UHGV virus genome: UHGV-0114729
DNA: 45,034 nucleotides
Direction: 5' to 3' (one strand)
From: a virus
Under the pieces are notes generated by a model that was given only the letters and a program-made list of their open reading frames with translations, was not told the origin of the DNA and searched no databases. Made by a program: the position numbers and the translations under genes. Positions 36,288-44,984 of this stretch are shown here, piece by piece (the first letter of the stretch is position 1; each line of letters begins with the position of its first letter).

Positions 36288-36521
36288 TTAGGCCGCAGTA
36301 TCACGCGGCGATGCGAATACCAGGCTTTCTTTTAGGACCGGAGCCTGGCGGTGAAAATTCTTCGTGCCTTTCTCGATAGCAGATGCCATTTCTGGAGATG
36401 CCCGGCGATTTCCGTAGGCGATCTGGTCCAGGTAACCTGGCGTCGTGTTAGCCAACTTTGCGAGCTGCGCCCATTCGTCGGTAGTGGCGGCCTTGCGCCA
36501 GCGGTGTAGTTCAGTGCTCAT
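36288..36521 (-). CDS. cro: Cro / YdaS-like HTH repressor
   Basis: 77 aa, divergent from cI across the operator region. HTH segment is WAQLAKLANTTPGYLDQIAYGNR. Confidence 0.8.
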   Translation of the reverse strand: MSTELHRWRKAATTDEWAQLAKLANTTPGYLDQIAYGNRRASPEMASAIEKGTKNFHRQAPVLKESLVFASPRDTAA

Positions 36522-36553
36522 TGGTGTCTCCGGGTGAGTCGTTTGATTTGGAG

Positions 36554-36619
36554 TTTAGCGTTATGCTAAATACTACGCAAGCATCATTTAGCAATTTGCA
36601 CATTTATCATTTTGCTAAA
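36554..36619. promoter_or_regulatory. OR operators / pR-pRM region
   Basis: TTTAGC-GTTAT-GCTAAA (36554-36570), a degenerate copy near 36587-36603, and TTTATC-ATTTT-GCTAAA (36603-36619). Confidence 0.7.
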
Positions 36620-36637
36620 AGCAGTAACAATGCAGGT

Positions 36638-37315
36638 ATGGAAAATAAAGAAATCAGAAAAGCCAACCTGGAAGCGCTGTACGAGAAGCGTCAGCACGAG
36701 TCTGGAATGACCAAAGCGCAGTTTGCCGAGCTCATCGAGACAAGTCCGGCTGCGCTTAGCCAGCTACTGGGACCAAACCCTCATCGCAATATCGGCGATA
36801 AGATGGCTCGCAAAATTGAAACTGCGCTTGATCTGCCTTTTGGCTGGATGGATGTTTTACACGCCAGTGAAGAACCTTCGAACGTTGCATTTCGAGGACT
36901 GAACGAGACAAAAGGAAGTTATCCTGTAATCAGCTGGGTAAGCGCGGGGCAATGGATGGAAGCTGTAGAACCTTATCACCGAAGAGCGATAGATCGCTGG
37001 TATGACACGACTGTTGACTGCTCAGAAGATTCATTCTGGCTGGACGTTAAAGGGGATTCTATGACCTCCCCGGCTGGACTGAGCATACCCGAGGGAGCAG
37101 CGATACTTGTTGATCCTGAAGTCGAGCCGCGCAACGGAAAGCTGGTTGTCGCGAAGCTAGAAGGCGATAACGAAGCGACCTTTAAGAAGCTTGTAATCGA
37201 TGCCGGCAGACGCTTCCTAAAGCCCCTTAACCCCGCATATCCCATGCTAGAAATTAATGGAAACTGCAAAATCATCGGCGTTGTGGTTGATGCCAAAATA
37301 CTAAACATCCCATAA
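36638..37315 (+). CDS. cI: CI repressor (HTH + S24 LexA-like autopeptidase)
   Basis: HTH (MTKAQFAELIETSPAALSQL). GDSM Ser and FKKL Lys dyad. Start chosen at MENKEIRK. Confidence 0.92.
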   Translation: MENKEIRKANLEALYEKRQHESGMTKAQFAELIETSPAALSQLLGPNPHRNIGDKMARKIETALDLPFGWMDVLHASEEPSNVAFRGLNETKGSYPVISWVSAGQWMEAVEPYHRRAIDRWYDTTVDCSEDSFWLDVKGDSMTSPAGLSIPEGAAILVDPEVEPRNGKLVVAKLEGDNEATFKKLVIDAGRRFLKPLNPAYPMLEINGNCKIIGVVVDAKILNIP

Positions 37316-37334
37316 CCTCACGCAAAACCCCTCA

Positions 37335-37359
37335 AGCCCGCCATCGCGCGGGCTTTTTT
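37335..37359 (+). terminator. Rho-independent terminator after cI
   Basis: AGCCCGC-catcgc-GCGGGCT followed by TTTTTT. Confidence 0.8.
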
Positions 37360-37398
37360 ACGTCCCGAATTCCTTCGCTGTAAATTTTTAATCGCTTA

Positions 37399-37475
37399 TT
37401 AATCAATACGCTAAATAAAACCATTCAACAATTTAGCATTTTGCTATTGCGCATAATTTAGCATCACGCTAAATT
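37399..37475 (+). promoter_or_regulatory. OL operators and candidate pL
   Basis: TTAATC-AATAC-GCTAAA (37399-37415), TTTAGC-ATTTT-GCTATT (37432-37448), TTTAGC-ATCAC-GCTAAA (37457-37473). Candidate promoter is -35 TTGCGC (37447) with -10 TAAATT (37470). Confidence 0.6.
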
Positions 37476-37481
37476 TACCCC

Positions 37482-37891
37482 ATCGAAACGAAACATCGAC
37501 AGCTGAGCGAAGTTAGCCAGCGGCGGACAGCAAGTCGCCTGCTTTTTAACAACATGCAGATTTACAGCGTCAATGACCTGTTAAGACCCCTACACGTAAA
37601 CGTGCTGTATCACCGGGTGCGATCCGGTCGGTGAGAGAGTATCCCCGCGCGAGAGCGAGAACGGCGTGAGAACGGGCAACACTGGCAGGGAGTTGGCGCT
37701 GACCAATACAGGGAATGTTATGGGCTGTGGTGAAGGGTTCATGGACGGGAATATGTCGCACGTAAAGCGGCGAGGCCCGAGGAGCTATTGCCGAAGATAA
37801 GTAGGCCGAATCGGGTCGAAATGGGTCTCCCACCTACCACATCGCCAAAGCATTTCTCCCGCATCAGCGGGTAACGACAGAGGGTAAGTCA
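37482..37891 (+). other. Long untranslated, GC-rich pL leader (possible cis-acting or stable RNA)
   Basis: No ORF longer than about 26 codons in any plus frame, and no Arg-rich N-like ORF. Lies between pL and the first gene. Confidence 0.5.
37540..37552 (+). promoter_or_regulatory. boxA-like element (TGCTTTTTAACAA)
   Basis: One mismatch to the E. coli rrn boxA TGCTCTTTAACAA. Preceded by an imperfect hairpin (37519-37543). The pair could alternatively be a weak intrinsic terminator. Confidence 0.5.
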
Positions 37892-38560
37892 ATGATTCGT
37901 CTTAACAACGAAATTAAAAATCAGCTATGCCATAACCTGCTTCTCGCATCCCCATTGTTTGAGAAAGCGAAAGCTGCGGTTAATGAGAGGGCGAAAATTG
38001 TTGAAGAAATTCGACAGGCATTGCTCAAGCAGGAAAACACTAGCGATGAGCAAATAACTAAGGCTCGGGAAGATTTCAAAGATAACTCCTTCATCAAGAT
38101 GCAGGTCGGCGCTAAAACTGCAATTTTAAAGGTCATTATTAATGGTGAGTATCACGAATTAGCCAGGAACGGTTTGGATCATCGCTATCGCCACCGTGGA
38201 AAACATATTGGTAAGCACGATCTTGAAAGCGACCTGTTCTTCGGAGCTTCCTTCGCGCCTGTAATTGATTCGGGTTTCGTTCCTGAAAGTTACAGCACGC
38301 TGAAGAAAGTTGGAAAATTACACGACCGACTCACTGAATCGACGGTAACCATCAACGTTCTTTACGATGAAGTTGATGCCTTCCAATTGCAGGTTAAAGG
38401 TGCTCTAACCAAAGTCTCAACTGTTAAAAAACTGGCTGAGATGTGGCCTGATGCAGTGCCATATTTGCCTGAGGTGGAACGCCGTGAAGCGACCAGCACC
38501 GCACTTGCCATTCCCGTTGAAACGCTAAACGCCCTTTGCGGCATACCAAAGAATGAATGA
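37892..38560 (+). CDS. Orphan 222-aa protein, first gene of the pL operon
   Basis: Clean ORF followed by its own terminator. The N-terminal MIRLNNEIKN.. and C-terminal ..VSTVKKLAEMWPDAVPYL remind me of the Nmad5 family, but I cannot verify this. Confidence 0.7.
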   Translation: MIRLNNEIKNQLCHNLLLASPLFEKAKAAVNERAKIVEEIRQALLKQENTSDEQITKAREDFKDNSFIKMQVGAKTAILKVIINGEYHELARNGLDHRYRHRGKHIGKHDLESDLFFGASFAPVIDSGFVPESYSTLKKVGKLHDRLTESTVTINVLYDEVDAFQLQVKGALTKVSTVKKLAEMWPDAVPYLPEVERREATSTALAIPVETLNALCGIPKNE

Positions 38561-38582
38561 CCCGCTCCGGCGGGTTTTTTAT
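38561..38582 (+). terminator. Rho-independent terminator after the 222-aa gene
   Basis: CCCGC-tccg-GCGGG followed by TTTTTTAT. Confidence 0.85.
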
Positions 38583-38721
38583 CGGCCATACATAGGCAGA
38601 TTTTCGAGTCTGCCCATTTATGACAACCGGCGGCCATCCACCGCCCATTGAAACACTGAATAAATGCGTTGAAGTCTTGTATTAACCGTTCCGTTCGCCG
38701 CGATAAGGCCAAGAGGAAATC

Positions 38722-38928
38722 ATGGTAAACCAGCACTACGGTACACAGACAGTAAACCGCGGCGCAGTTCAGCCGGGGATGCTCGTCAAACACAAGGATT
38801 CAACCTGGACGGCATCAGCTAATGCTCGTGGTCGTTTGTATCTGCATCGCGGCGTTGAGATGACTTACACCAGGGATTTGCTGGTTGAAGTTTATCTGAA
38901 CGGTCTGGGGCATGGACTCAGCCACTAG
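38722..38928 (+). CDS. Hypothetical 68-aa protein
   Basis: AGAGGA RBS. No recognisable motif. Confidence 0.55.
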   Translation: MVNQHYGTQTVNRGAVQPGMLVKHKDSTWTASANARGRLYLHRGVEMTYTRDLLVEVYLNGLGHGLSH

Positions 38929-38939
38929 CGGAGGATGTC

Positions 38940-39101
38940 ATGTTAGACAAGAAATGCGGATATTGCGGCAAGCCGGTTAAAACGGAGGAAGTAATCAAGA
39001 GCACCCTTCTCTATCGCAACGGCTCACAGCTGGCGCGCAAAGAAAAAGAGTATTGCTCCAAACGTTGCGCTTCGCACGACCAGATGGCTCACGAAGGCTA
39101 A
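38940..39101 (+). CDS. 53-aa zinc-ribbon protein
   Basis: GGAGG RBS 6 nt upstream. My own translation gives MLDKKCGYCGKPV...EYCSKRCASHDQMAHEG* (CxxC...CxxxC). Below the track cut-off. Confidence 0.6.
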   Translation: MLDKKCGYCGKPVKTEEVIKSTLLYRNGSQLARKEKEYCSKRCASHDQMAHEG

Positions 39102-39240
39102 CGTAAAACCCGCGCAAGGCGGGATCTACGTCCGGTGGTACCGACCAAAGTTACACCGGAAACAACATTAAAACCAAAGTTAACCCAATGGGCGCTATCA
39201 ATGGTCCGGGGATTCTAACACCCAAAAAAGAGGATCTCAC

Positions 39241-42150
39241 ATGGAATTTTTCCATCTGATAAAAGCCAGTCAGAAGTCTGGTAAGAAAGATGCAGTGATT
39301 TGGTTCACTGCGAAAAGTGTAGCGCGCGCCAATCTCCAACTCGATGTGGCACTGGAAGAAGCCGGAATTGAAGAAACTGGCCGCGGTAAAGATTATGCCA
39401 AACCAATCCGCACCGATTTCCCGGTATATGACGACCTGCCGGAAGAAGGCGCAGTGGATTACACCTGGTGCGAACGCTACGAACTGCAGAACGATGACCG
39501 CACCTGGCTGCCAAAAGTCACAGCTGAAAACTCTGACGAGAAAACGGCTCAGACCGTTGATAGTCACATAACTACTGAGTCAACGCTGCCAGAAACCGCT
39601 GGCATCACGCTGGACGAACACGACGACGACTCAACCCTCTACCCGGTAGTGCAGATGCCGTTTCGTAAGCAACTGCTTTCCCAGTTCACCGCCGACGAAC
39701 TGCGCCACCACGTAACCCACGAAGAGTACGAAGCTATCGGCGCGCTGGAGATGGACACTGATAACAGTTACGTCCAGAACTTGCTGTTAGCTGCTGAGAA
39801 CTGCCCGGAAGTGAAGGGTTACGACACCAAAGACCTGTGGCGCTACACCGATGCCATTCGCAAAGTGTTCAGCCAGGACAAGCGTCACGAACTCGCGCTG
39901 GTACTCCGTTTCACCAGAATGTGGGCGGCGACTGATTACATTGACCGTGGCATCCTGGCGCGTGAATGGGCCGCCGGTAATCGCATCAGTAGTGTGCAGC
40001 GTACTGATTCCGGCACTAATGCCGACGGCGGTTACGTCACTGACCGTGGACCTGACGCACACCACACACTGGACACTCTCGATTTAGAGATTGCGTGTGC
40101 CCTTCTGCCTATGGACTTCAACCACTTCGAGATCCCGGGCAGCATTCTTCGTCGCGCTAAAGAAATCGTGACCAAAAAAGAAGAACCATGGAAATCATGG
40201 AGCAACATCCTGCGCAATCAGCCAGGCGTTCTGGGTGTTAACCGCACGGCTATTTTTAACCTGGTACGTATCGCACCGGAAAATATTCATTTAACTCCTG
40301 TCGCTCACCTGGAATTTGTTAACCAGACCATGACAGCCGCGTTCAATTCCGCGGTCGAGTTATTGCCGTTGCATGAGGCTGAACCCGCAACACAGGAAAT
40401 TCCCCAACCTGAAGGTAAGGAGTCTCCGCGCAAATCCTTCTGCACTCACGAAGAGAACCTGCAACGCGTGCGTGAAGAAGGAGCACGCCGCCGCGCAGAG
40501 GAAGCGGCAGCACAACAGCAGAAAGTCGAACAAGAACTGGTTAAAAATGTCGGCAACGGAATATTCGACGTTACGGCTTTGCTGCAGAACTCAGCAACTC
40601 ATGGCACGAAAAAGGCTACGGAGACCACCAGCAATGTGCAGGTTCAAGAAACTGTCAGTGATGAAAAACAAGCTGGTGATGAAGTACAGCTAGGCGAAAG
40701 CAGTCTGGAGTCTGGTGAAGAGTCACATCCCGGCCAGAAGGACGATGTAAACCAGAATACGGATTCTGTCGCCAAAAATAGCGATTCTGTAAGCCAAACC
40801 GAACCAGTTGCAGCACAAACCGAGCCAGAAGCGCAATCTGACGAACCAGCTGTTGTTTATCCCGCTTATTTCGAGCCAGGCCGCTATGAAGGGCTGCCAA
40901 ACGAGGTTTACCACGCCGCCAACGGCATCAGCTCAACCCAGGTGAAAGATGCGCGCGTTTCGCTGATGTACTTCAATGCGCGCCACGTAGAGAAAACCAT
41001 CGTCAAAGAGCGCTCAGCGGTGCTGGACATGGGCAACTTGGTGCATGCGCTGGCGTTGCAGCCTGAACTACTGGACGCAGAATTCAGCGTTGAACCGGTG
41101 ATCCCTGAAGGCGCATTCACAACGGCCGCGACCCTGCGCGCCTTTATCGATGAGCACAATGCCAGCCTGCCGGCGCTGCTGTCTGCCGACGACATCAAGG
41201 TGTTACTGGAAGAGTACAACGCCACCCTGCCGCCGCAGGTTCCGCTTGGCGCTAACCTGGAAGAAACGGCACAGAACTATATGGCGCTGCCAGCTGACTT
41301 CCAGCGTATTGATGGTGACCAGAAGCAGACGGCGACGGCAATGAAGGCATGCATTAAAGAGTACAACGCCACCCTGCCGCCGCCGGTTAAAACCAGCGGC
41401 AGCCGTGACGCGCTGCTGGAGCAGTTGGCAATCATCAACCCTGACCTTGTGGCTCAGGAAGCACAGAAACCGGCACCACTGAAAGTGTCCGGTACCAAAG
41501 CAGACATGATCCAGGCCGTGAAGGCAGTCAAACCAGATGCCGTATTTGCCGACGAACTGCTGGATGCCTGGCGCGATAACCCGGAAGGAAAAGTGCTGGT
41601 CACCCGCCAGCAGCTGAGCACCGCGCTGAATATTCAAAAAGCGCTTCTGGCACACCCGACCGCCGGCATGCTGCTGACCCACCCTAGCCGAGCCGTTGAG
41701 GTGAGCTACTTTGGTTTTGACGAGGAGACGGGCTTGGAAGTTCGTGTGCGCCCTGACCTTGAGATCGACCTGGATGGCGTGCGTATAGGTGCAGACCTGA
41801 AAACCATCAGCATGTGGAATGTTAAGCAGGAAAGCCTGCGCGCCAGGCTACACCGGGAAATTATTGAACGTGATTATCACCTGAGCGCGGCTATGTACTG
41901 CGAAACCGCAGCGCTGGATCAGTTCTTCTGGATTTTCGTCAACAAAGACGAGAACTACCACTGGATCGCCATCATCGAGGCATCCGCTGAACTACTGGAG
42001 CTGGGTATGCTCGAGTACCGCAAAGCGATGCGCAATATCGCAACCGGATTCGACACAGGTGAATGGCCAGCGCCAATCACTGCTGACTACACCGACGAAC
42101 TGAACGACTTCGACCTGCGCCGCCTTGAAGCGCTGCGTACTCAGGCATAA
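39241..42150 (+). CDS. recE: RecE-like exodeoxyribonuclease VIII (969 aa; C-terminal PD-(D/E)XK domain)
   Basis: C-terminal region has GLPNEVYHAANGISSTQVK, ..RPD.., and ..GADLKT.. (the D...DxK motif). The long acidic N-terminal extension resembles Rac RecE. Located directly upstream of the annealing protein. Confidence 0.85.
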   Translation: MEFFHLIKASQKSGKKDAVIWFTAKSVARANLQLDVALEEAGIEETGRGKDYAKPIRTDFPVYDDLPEEGAVDYTWCERYELQNDDRTWLPKVTAENSDEKTAQTVDSHITTESTLPETAGITLDEHDDDSTLYPVVQMPFRKQLLSQFTADELRHHVTHEEYEAIGALEMDTDNSYVQNLLLAAENCPEVKGYDTKDLWRYTDAIRKVFSQDKRHELALVLRFTRMWAATDYIDRGILAREWAAGNRISSVQRTDSGTNADGGYVTDRGPDAHHTLDTLDLEIACALLPMDFNHFEIPGSILRRAKEIVTKKEEPWKSWSNILRNQPGVLGVNRTAIFNLVRIAPENIHLTPVAHLEFVNQTMTAAFNSAVELLPLHEAEPATQEIPQPEGKESPRKSFCTHEENLQRVREEGARRRAEEAAAQQQKVEQELVKNVGNGIFDVTALLQNSATHGTKKATETTSNVQVQETVSDEKQAGDEVQLGESSLESGEESHPGQKDDVNQNTDSVAKNSDSVSQTEPVAAQTEPEAQSDEPAVVYPAYFEPGRYEGLPNEVYHAANGISSTQVKDARVSLMYFNARHVEKTIVKERSAVLDMGNLVHALALQPELLDAEFSVEPVIPEGAFTTAATLRAFIDEHNASLPALLSADDIKVLLEEYNATLPPQVPLGANLEETAQNYMALPADFQRIDGDQKQTATAMKACIKEYNATLPPPVKTSGSRDALLEQLAIINPDLVAQEAQKPAPLKVSGTKADMIQAVKAVKPDAVFADELLDAWRDNPEGKVLVTRQQLSTALNIQKALLAHPTAGMLLTHPSRAVEVSYFGFDEETGLEVRVRPDLEIDLDGVRIGADLKTISMWNVKQESLRARLHREIIERDYHLSAAMYCETAALDQFFWIFVNKDENYHWIAIIEASAELLELGMLEYRKAMRNIATGFDTGEWPAPITADYTDELNDFDLRRLEALRTQA

Positions 42151-42155
42151 GGGGA

Positions 42156-43274
42156 ATGATGATGGAAAACACGAATATCGTAACCGCTGAGCAGCAGACT
42201 CCAAACACGATCTCAGCCAGCAATGCCATTTTCAACGTGCAGGCTTTAACCCAGCTTCAGTCTGTCGCCGGGTTGATGGCACAGGCAGCCGTAACGGTGC
42301 CTGAGCACCTCCGCGGCAATCCGGCAGACTGCATGGCCATCATCATGCAGGCGATGCAGTGGGGTATGAACCCTTACGCCGTGGCGCAAAAGACGCACCT
42401 GGTTAACGGTGTCCTGGGATACGAAGCGCAACTGGTTAATGCGGTGATCTCCAGCTCAAACGCCATCGTTGGCCGCTTTCACTATGAGTACGAGGGCGAC
42501 TGGTCGAAATGTGCCAGCAGCCGCGAGATAACCGTTAAAAAGCCTGCGAAAGGTGGCGGGACGTACGACAAGAAAGAAATGGTACGCGGTTGGGAAAGTG
42601 CTGATGAACAAGGACTGTCGGTACGGGTAGGTGCCGTTATTCGCGGTGAAAGTGATATCACCTGGGGAGAGCCTGTTTTCCTCTCCAGCGTAATCACACG
42701 TAATTCTCCACTTTGGGTATCAAACCCGAAACAGCAGATCGCTTATCTGGCACTCAAATACTGGGCGCGCCTGTATTGCCCTGCAGTTGTTCTTGGTGTG
42801 TACACCCCTGATGAGATTGAACAGCGCACAGAAAAAGAGATCAACCCAACGCCGCAACGCGTTAGCCTGGCTGATATCTCAGGTGACACCGTCACAACCA
42901 CGCAAAGCGCACAGGAATCGTCGGTAAATGTCGACTCTCTTGCCGATGATTTCCGCGAACGCATCGAATCTGCTCAGGACGTGGATAGCGCCAAATCGCT
43001 GCGTGCCGACATTGAAACGGCGAAAGCTACGCTGGGATCCGCACTATTCACCGAGCTGAAAAACAAAGCCGTAAAGCGTTATTACCTAGTGGATGCACGC
43101 AACAAGGTTGAGGAGGCTATTAAATCCCTGCCCCAGCCCGACGAGCCGCATGCAGCCGAACGGTTCGCTGAAGCCGAGCGCATGCTTGCATCTTCAAAGC
43201 GTCACTTAGGCGATGAACTGCACGATCAATTCAGCATCACCCTGGCGGATATGAAACCGGAATACGTGGCCTGA
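42156..43274 (+). CDS. recT: RecT/Red-beta family single-strand annealing protein
   Basis: AIIMQAMQWGMNPY...GVLGYEAQL and WVSNPKQQIAYLALKYWARLY parallel lambda Bet motifs. Confidence 0.82.
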   Translation: MMMENTNIVTAEQQTPNTISASNAIFNVQALTQLQSVAGLMAQAAVTVPEHLRGNPADCMAIIMQAMQWGMNPYAVAQKTHLVNGVLGYEAQLVNAVISSSNAIVGRFHYEYEGDWSKCASSREITVKKPAKGGGTYDKKEMVRGWESADEQGLSVRVGAVIRGESDITWGEPVFLSSVITRNSPLWVSNPKQQIAYLALKYWARLYCPAVVLGVYTPDEIEQRTEKEINPTPQRVSLADISGDTVTTTQSAQESSVNVDSLADDFRERIESAQDVDSAKSLRADIETAKATLGSALFTELKNKAVKRYYLVDARNKVEEAIKSLPQPDEPHAAERFAEAERMLASSKRHLGDELHDQFSITLADMKPEYVA

Positions 43275-43312
43275 CGAGACCGGGAGGGGTAACCCTCCCT
43301 CAAGGAGATTAT

Positions 43313-43555
43313 ATGCGACTGATCAATCGAGGAAGTAAGCAATCACCTTTAGCTCGCCAAGCATGCGACATCGCGCTGGCAGCTCACTTGCAAACATATG
43401 GCGACTATGGGCGAAGCAAGATGAAAGAGACTTATACGGTGAAGGTTGAAGGCGTGAAAGTCTGGGTGGAGGTGGTGAACCGAAAGGCGAGCTACGTGGC
43501 CACAGCGATGACCGGCATGCGCCGTCTCCGCTCCCTGCCCGGGCAGGTTGGTTGA
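43313..43555 (+). CDS. Hypothetical small protein
   Basis: ORF only. The true start may be the internal MKETYTV. Confidence 0.4.
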   Translation: MRLINRGSKQSPLARQACDIALAAHLQTYGDYGRSKMKETYTVKVEGVKVWVEVVNRKASYVATAMTGMRRLRSLPGQVG

Positions 43556-43596
43556 AAAAGATTTTGAATGGCCCGAACGGGCAACTGGAGAGAGCT

Positions 43597-43794
43597 ATGG
43601 ATGATATTTTGGTAACGTCAGACCTGACCAGTCGCTACAAAATTTCACGCAAAACCCTTTGGTCATGGCAAAGTGCAGACACAATGCCTCGGGGCTTCGT
43701 ATGCCCGTTCCCACCCCCTGACTGGCCCGGCAACCCTAACCGCTGGCGCTCTGAGTCAATCAAAGAGTGGGAGGATAAAAAGAAGATAAATTAA
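43597..43794 (+). CDS. xis: AlpA/Xis-type excisionase (MerR-like HTH)
   Basis: [20 protein letters not shown] is typical of the AlpA/excisionase HTH. It converges on int with a 4-nt overlap. Confidence 0.75.
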
Positions 43795-44984
43795 CTGAAG
43801 GGCTCTCCGATGATCTCTTCAAGATGGCTCTGCCAAACGCGGAGCCAGTGTTTCTGATCATCGATATAGTCATGAAGGTTGTAATGCGCCATAACCCCCA
43901 CCATCTGATGCCCGAGCAGCTTTTCAATTACGTGCGGCGGGCAACCTAACTCAGAGAGATTTGTGGCTATCGTCCGCCTCATATCATGAAGCGACCACTC
44001 TGCCATACCTGTTCCATTCCAAATAGAACGGGCGTAATTGGATGCCACAGGTGAATGAACGGGCGAATCTTTGATCCCGCCATCAATTTTACGTTGTGAA
44101 GTCACCAGGTGATTGGTGTTTATTTTCTTGAGGTGATTTCTGACCAGGTTAACGGCGGCGTCTGAGAGTCCCCTTCTAATATGTACCCGAGTTTTATAAC
44201 TGCCCGCAGGCACGACCCACTCATTATCATCCAATCGAAACCATGATCTCTCACTAAGTCGAATCTCAGCCGTACGGCATCCGGTAAGCATAATAAATTT
44301 CACCAGGAAAACGGACTCTATCGACATATGGCTTTTCAACCACTGATAGATTTTGCGCAGATCGTCATCGTCCATCCTGCGAGTTCTCTTTTTAGGCTTT
44401 TGCCCGACATCAGATGGCAGTAATCCCTCGAGTGGGTTTGAGGCGATCACACTTCTGTTAACGCAGAACCTAAACGCCCGTTTGCACAGCGAAAGCATGT
44501 AATGAGCCATCACCCTGCTTTCTATAGAATCGAAGACGTTGATCCAGTGCATTTTCGCTGTGTTATCGACTTTGACATTCTTCATCGGTTCGGCGATATG
44601 TTTCTCAAACACCTGGCGATAGTAATCGACTTTAACTAGCCCGTTAGCGATACAGTGCCTTTCAATCCAGTAATTGAACGCTTCGGCAACGGACATCGCT
44701 TCCTGTCGGGTCTGCTTATCCAGCTTCACCTGCTCTCGCGGATCCAGTCCCTCAGTTAACCAGTTTCTGAATTGTTGGCGACGCTCTCTTGCCTGGGTGA
44801 TACTCATTGCAGGATAATCACCAACATTGAGTTTTACCGCTTTACCGGCCCAGCGATACCGATAGAAAAATGATATTTTTCCGGCCTGGCTGATTCTGGC
44901 GTTGAGCCCGTGCGAATCAGAAATAATCTCGATATCATCTCTTTTCTTGCCGAGCGCCTTCCTGAGCTTTGTGTCGGTGATCAT
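43791..44984 (-). CDS. int: Tyrosine integrase (P4/CP4-57-like, N-terminal DUF4102-type arm-binding domain)
   Basis: The C-terminal catalytic region contains R (TGCRTAEI), H..R (HDMRRT) and ..GH...VMAHY (Tyr). The likely start [10 protein letters not shown] is at 44984; the track ORF extends to a GTG at 45029. Confidence 0.92.

Noticed and set aside
37519-37549. The hairpin plus T-run read as a strong pL-proximal intrinsic terminator
   Set aside because: The stem is only about 7 bp with a bulge, and the T-run is part of a near-perfect boxA. It is kept as an ambiguous element rather than called a terminator.
37601-37640. Possible shared motif (hairpin followed by GGTGAG...AT(A)CCCC) between the pL leader and the late leader (minus strand near 27640-27700), suggesting paired put-like elements
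   Set aside because: The similarity is limited to two short strings with different spacing. I cannot exclude chance without an alignment statistic, and the late operon already has Q.
37570-37833. Minus-strand 87-aa ORF in the pL leader
   Set aside because: It is antisense to pL, in GC-rich DNA where random ORFs are expected. It has no RBS, and the sequence looks like Pro/Ala/Arg-rich nonsense.
41203-41682. 159-aa minus-strand ORF inside recE
   Set aside because: It is antisense to a supported ORF, in a GC-rich repeated region, and has no motif.
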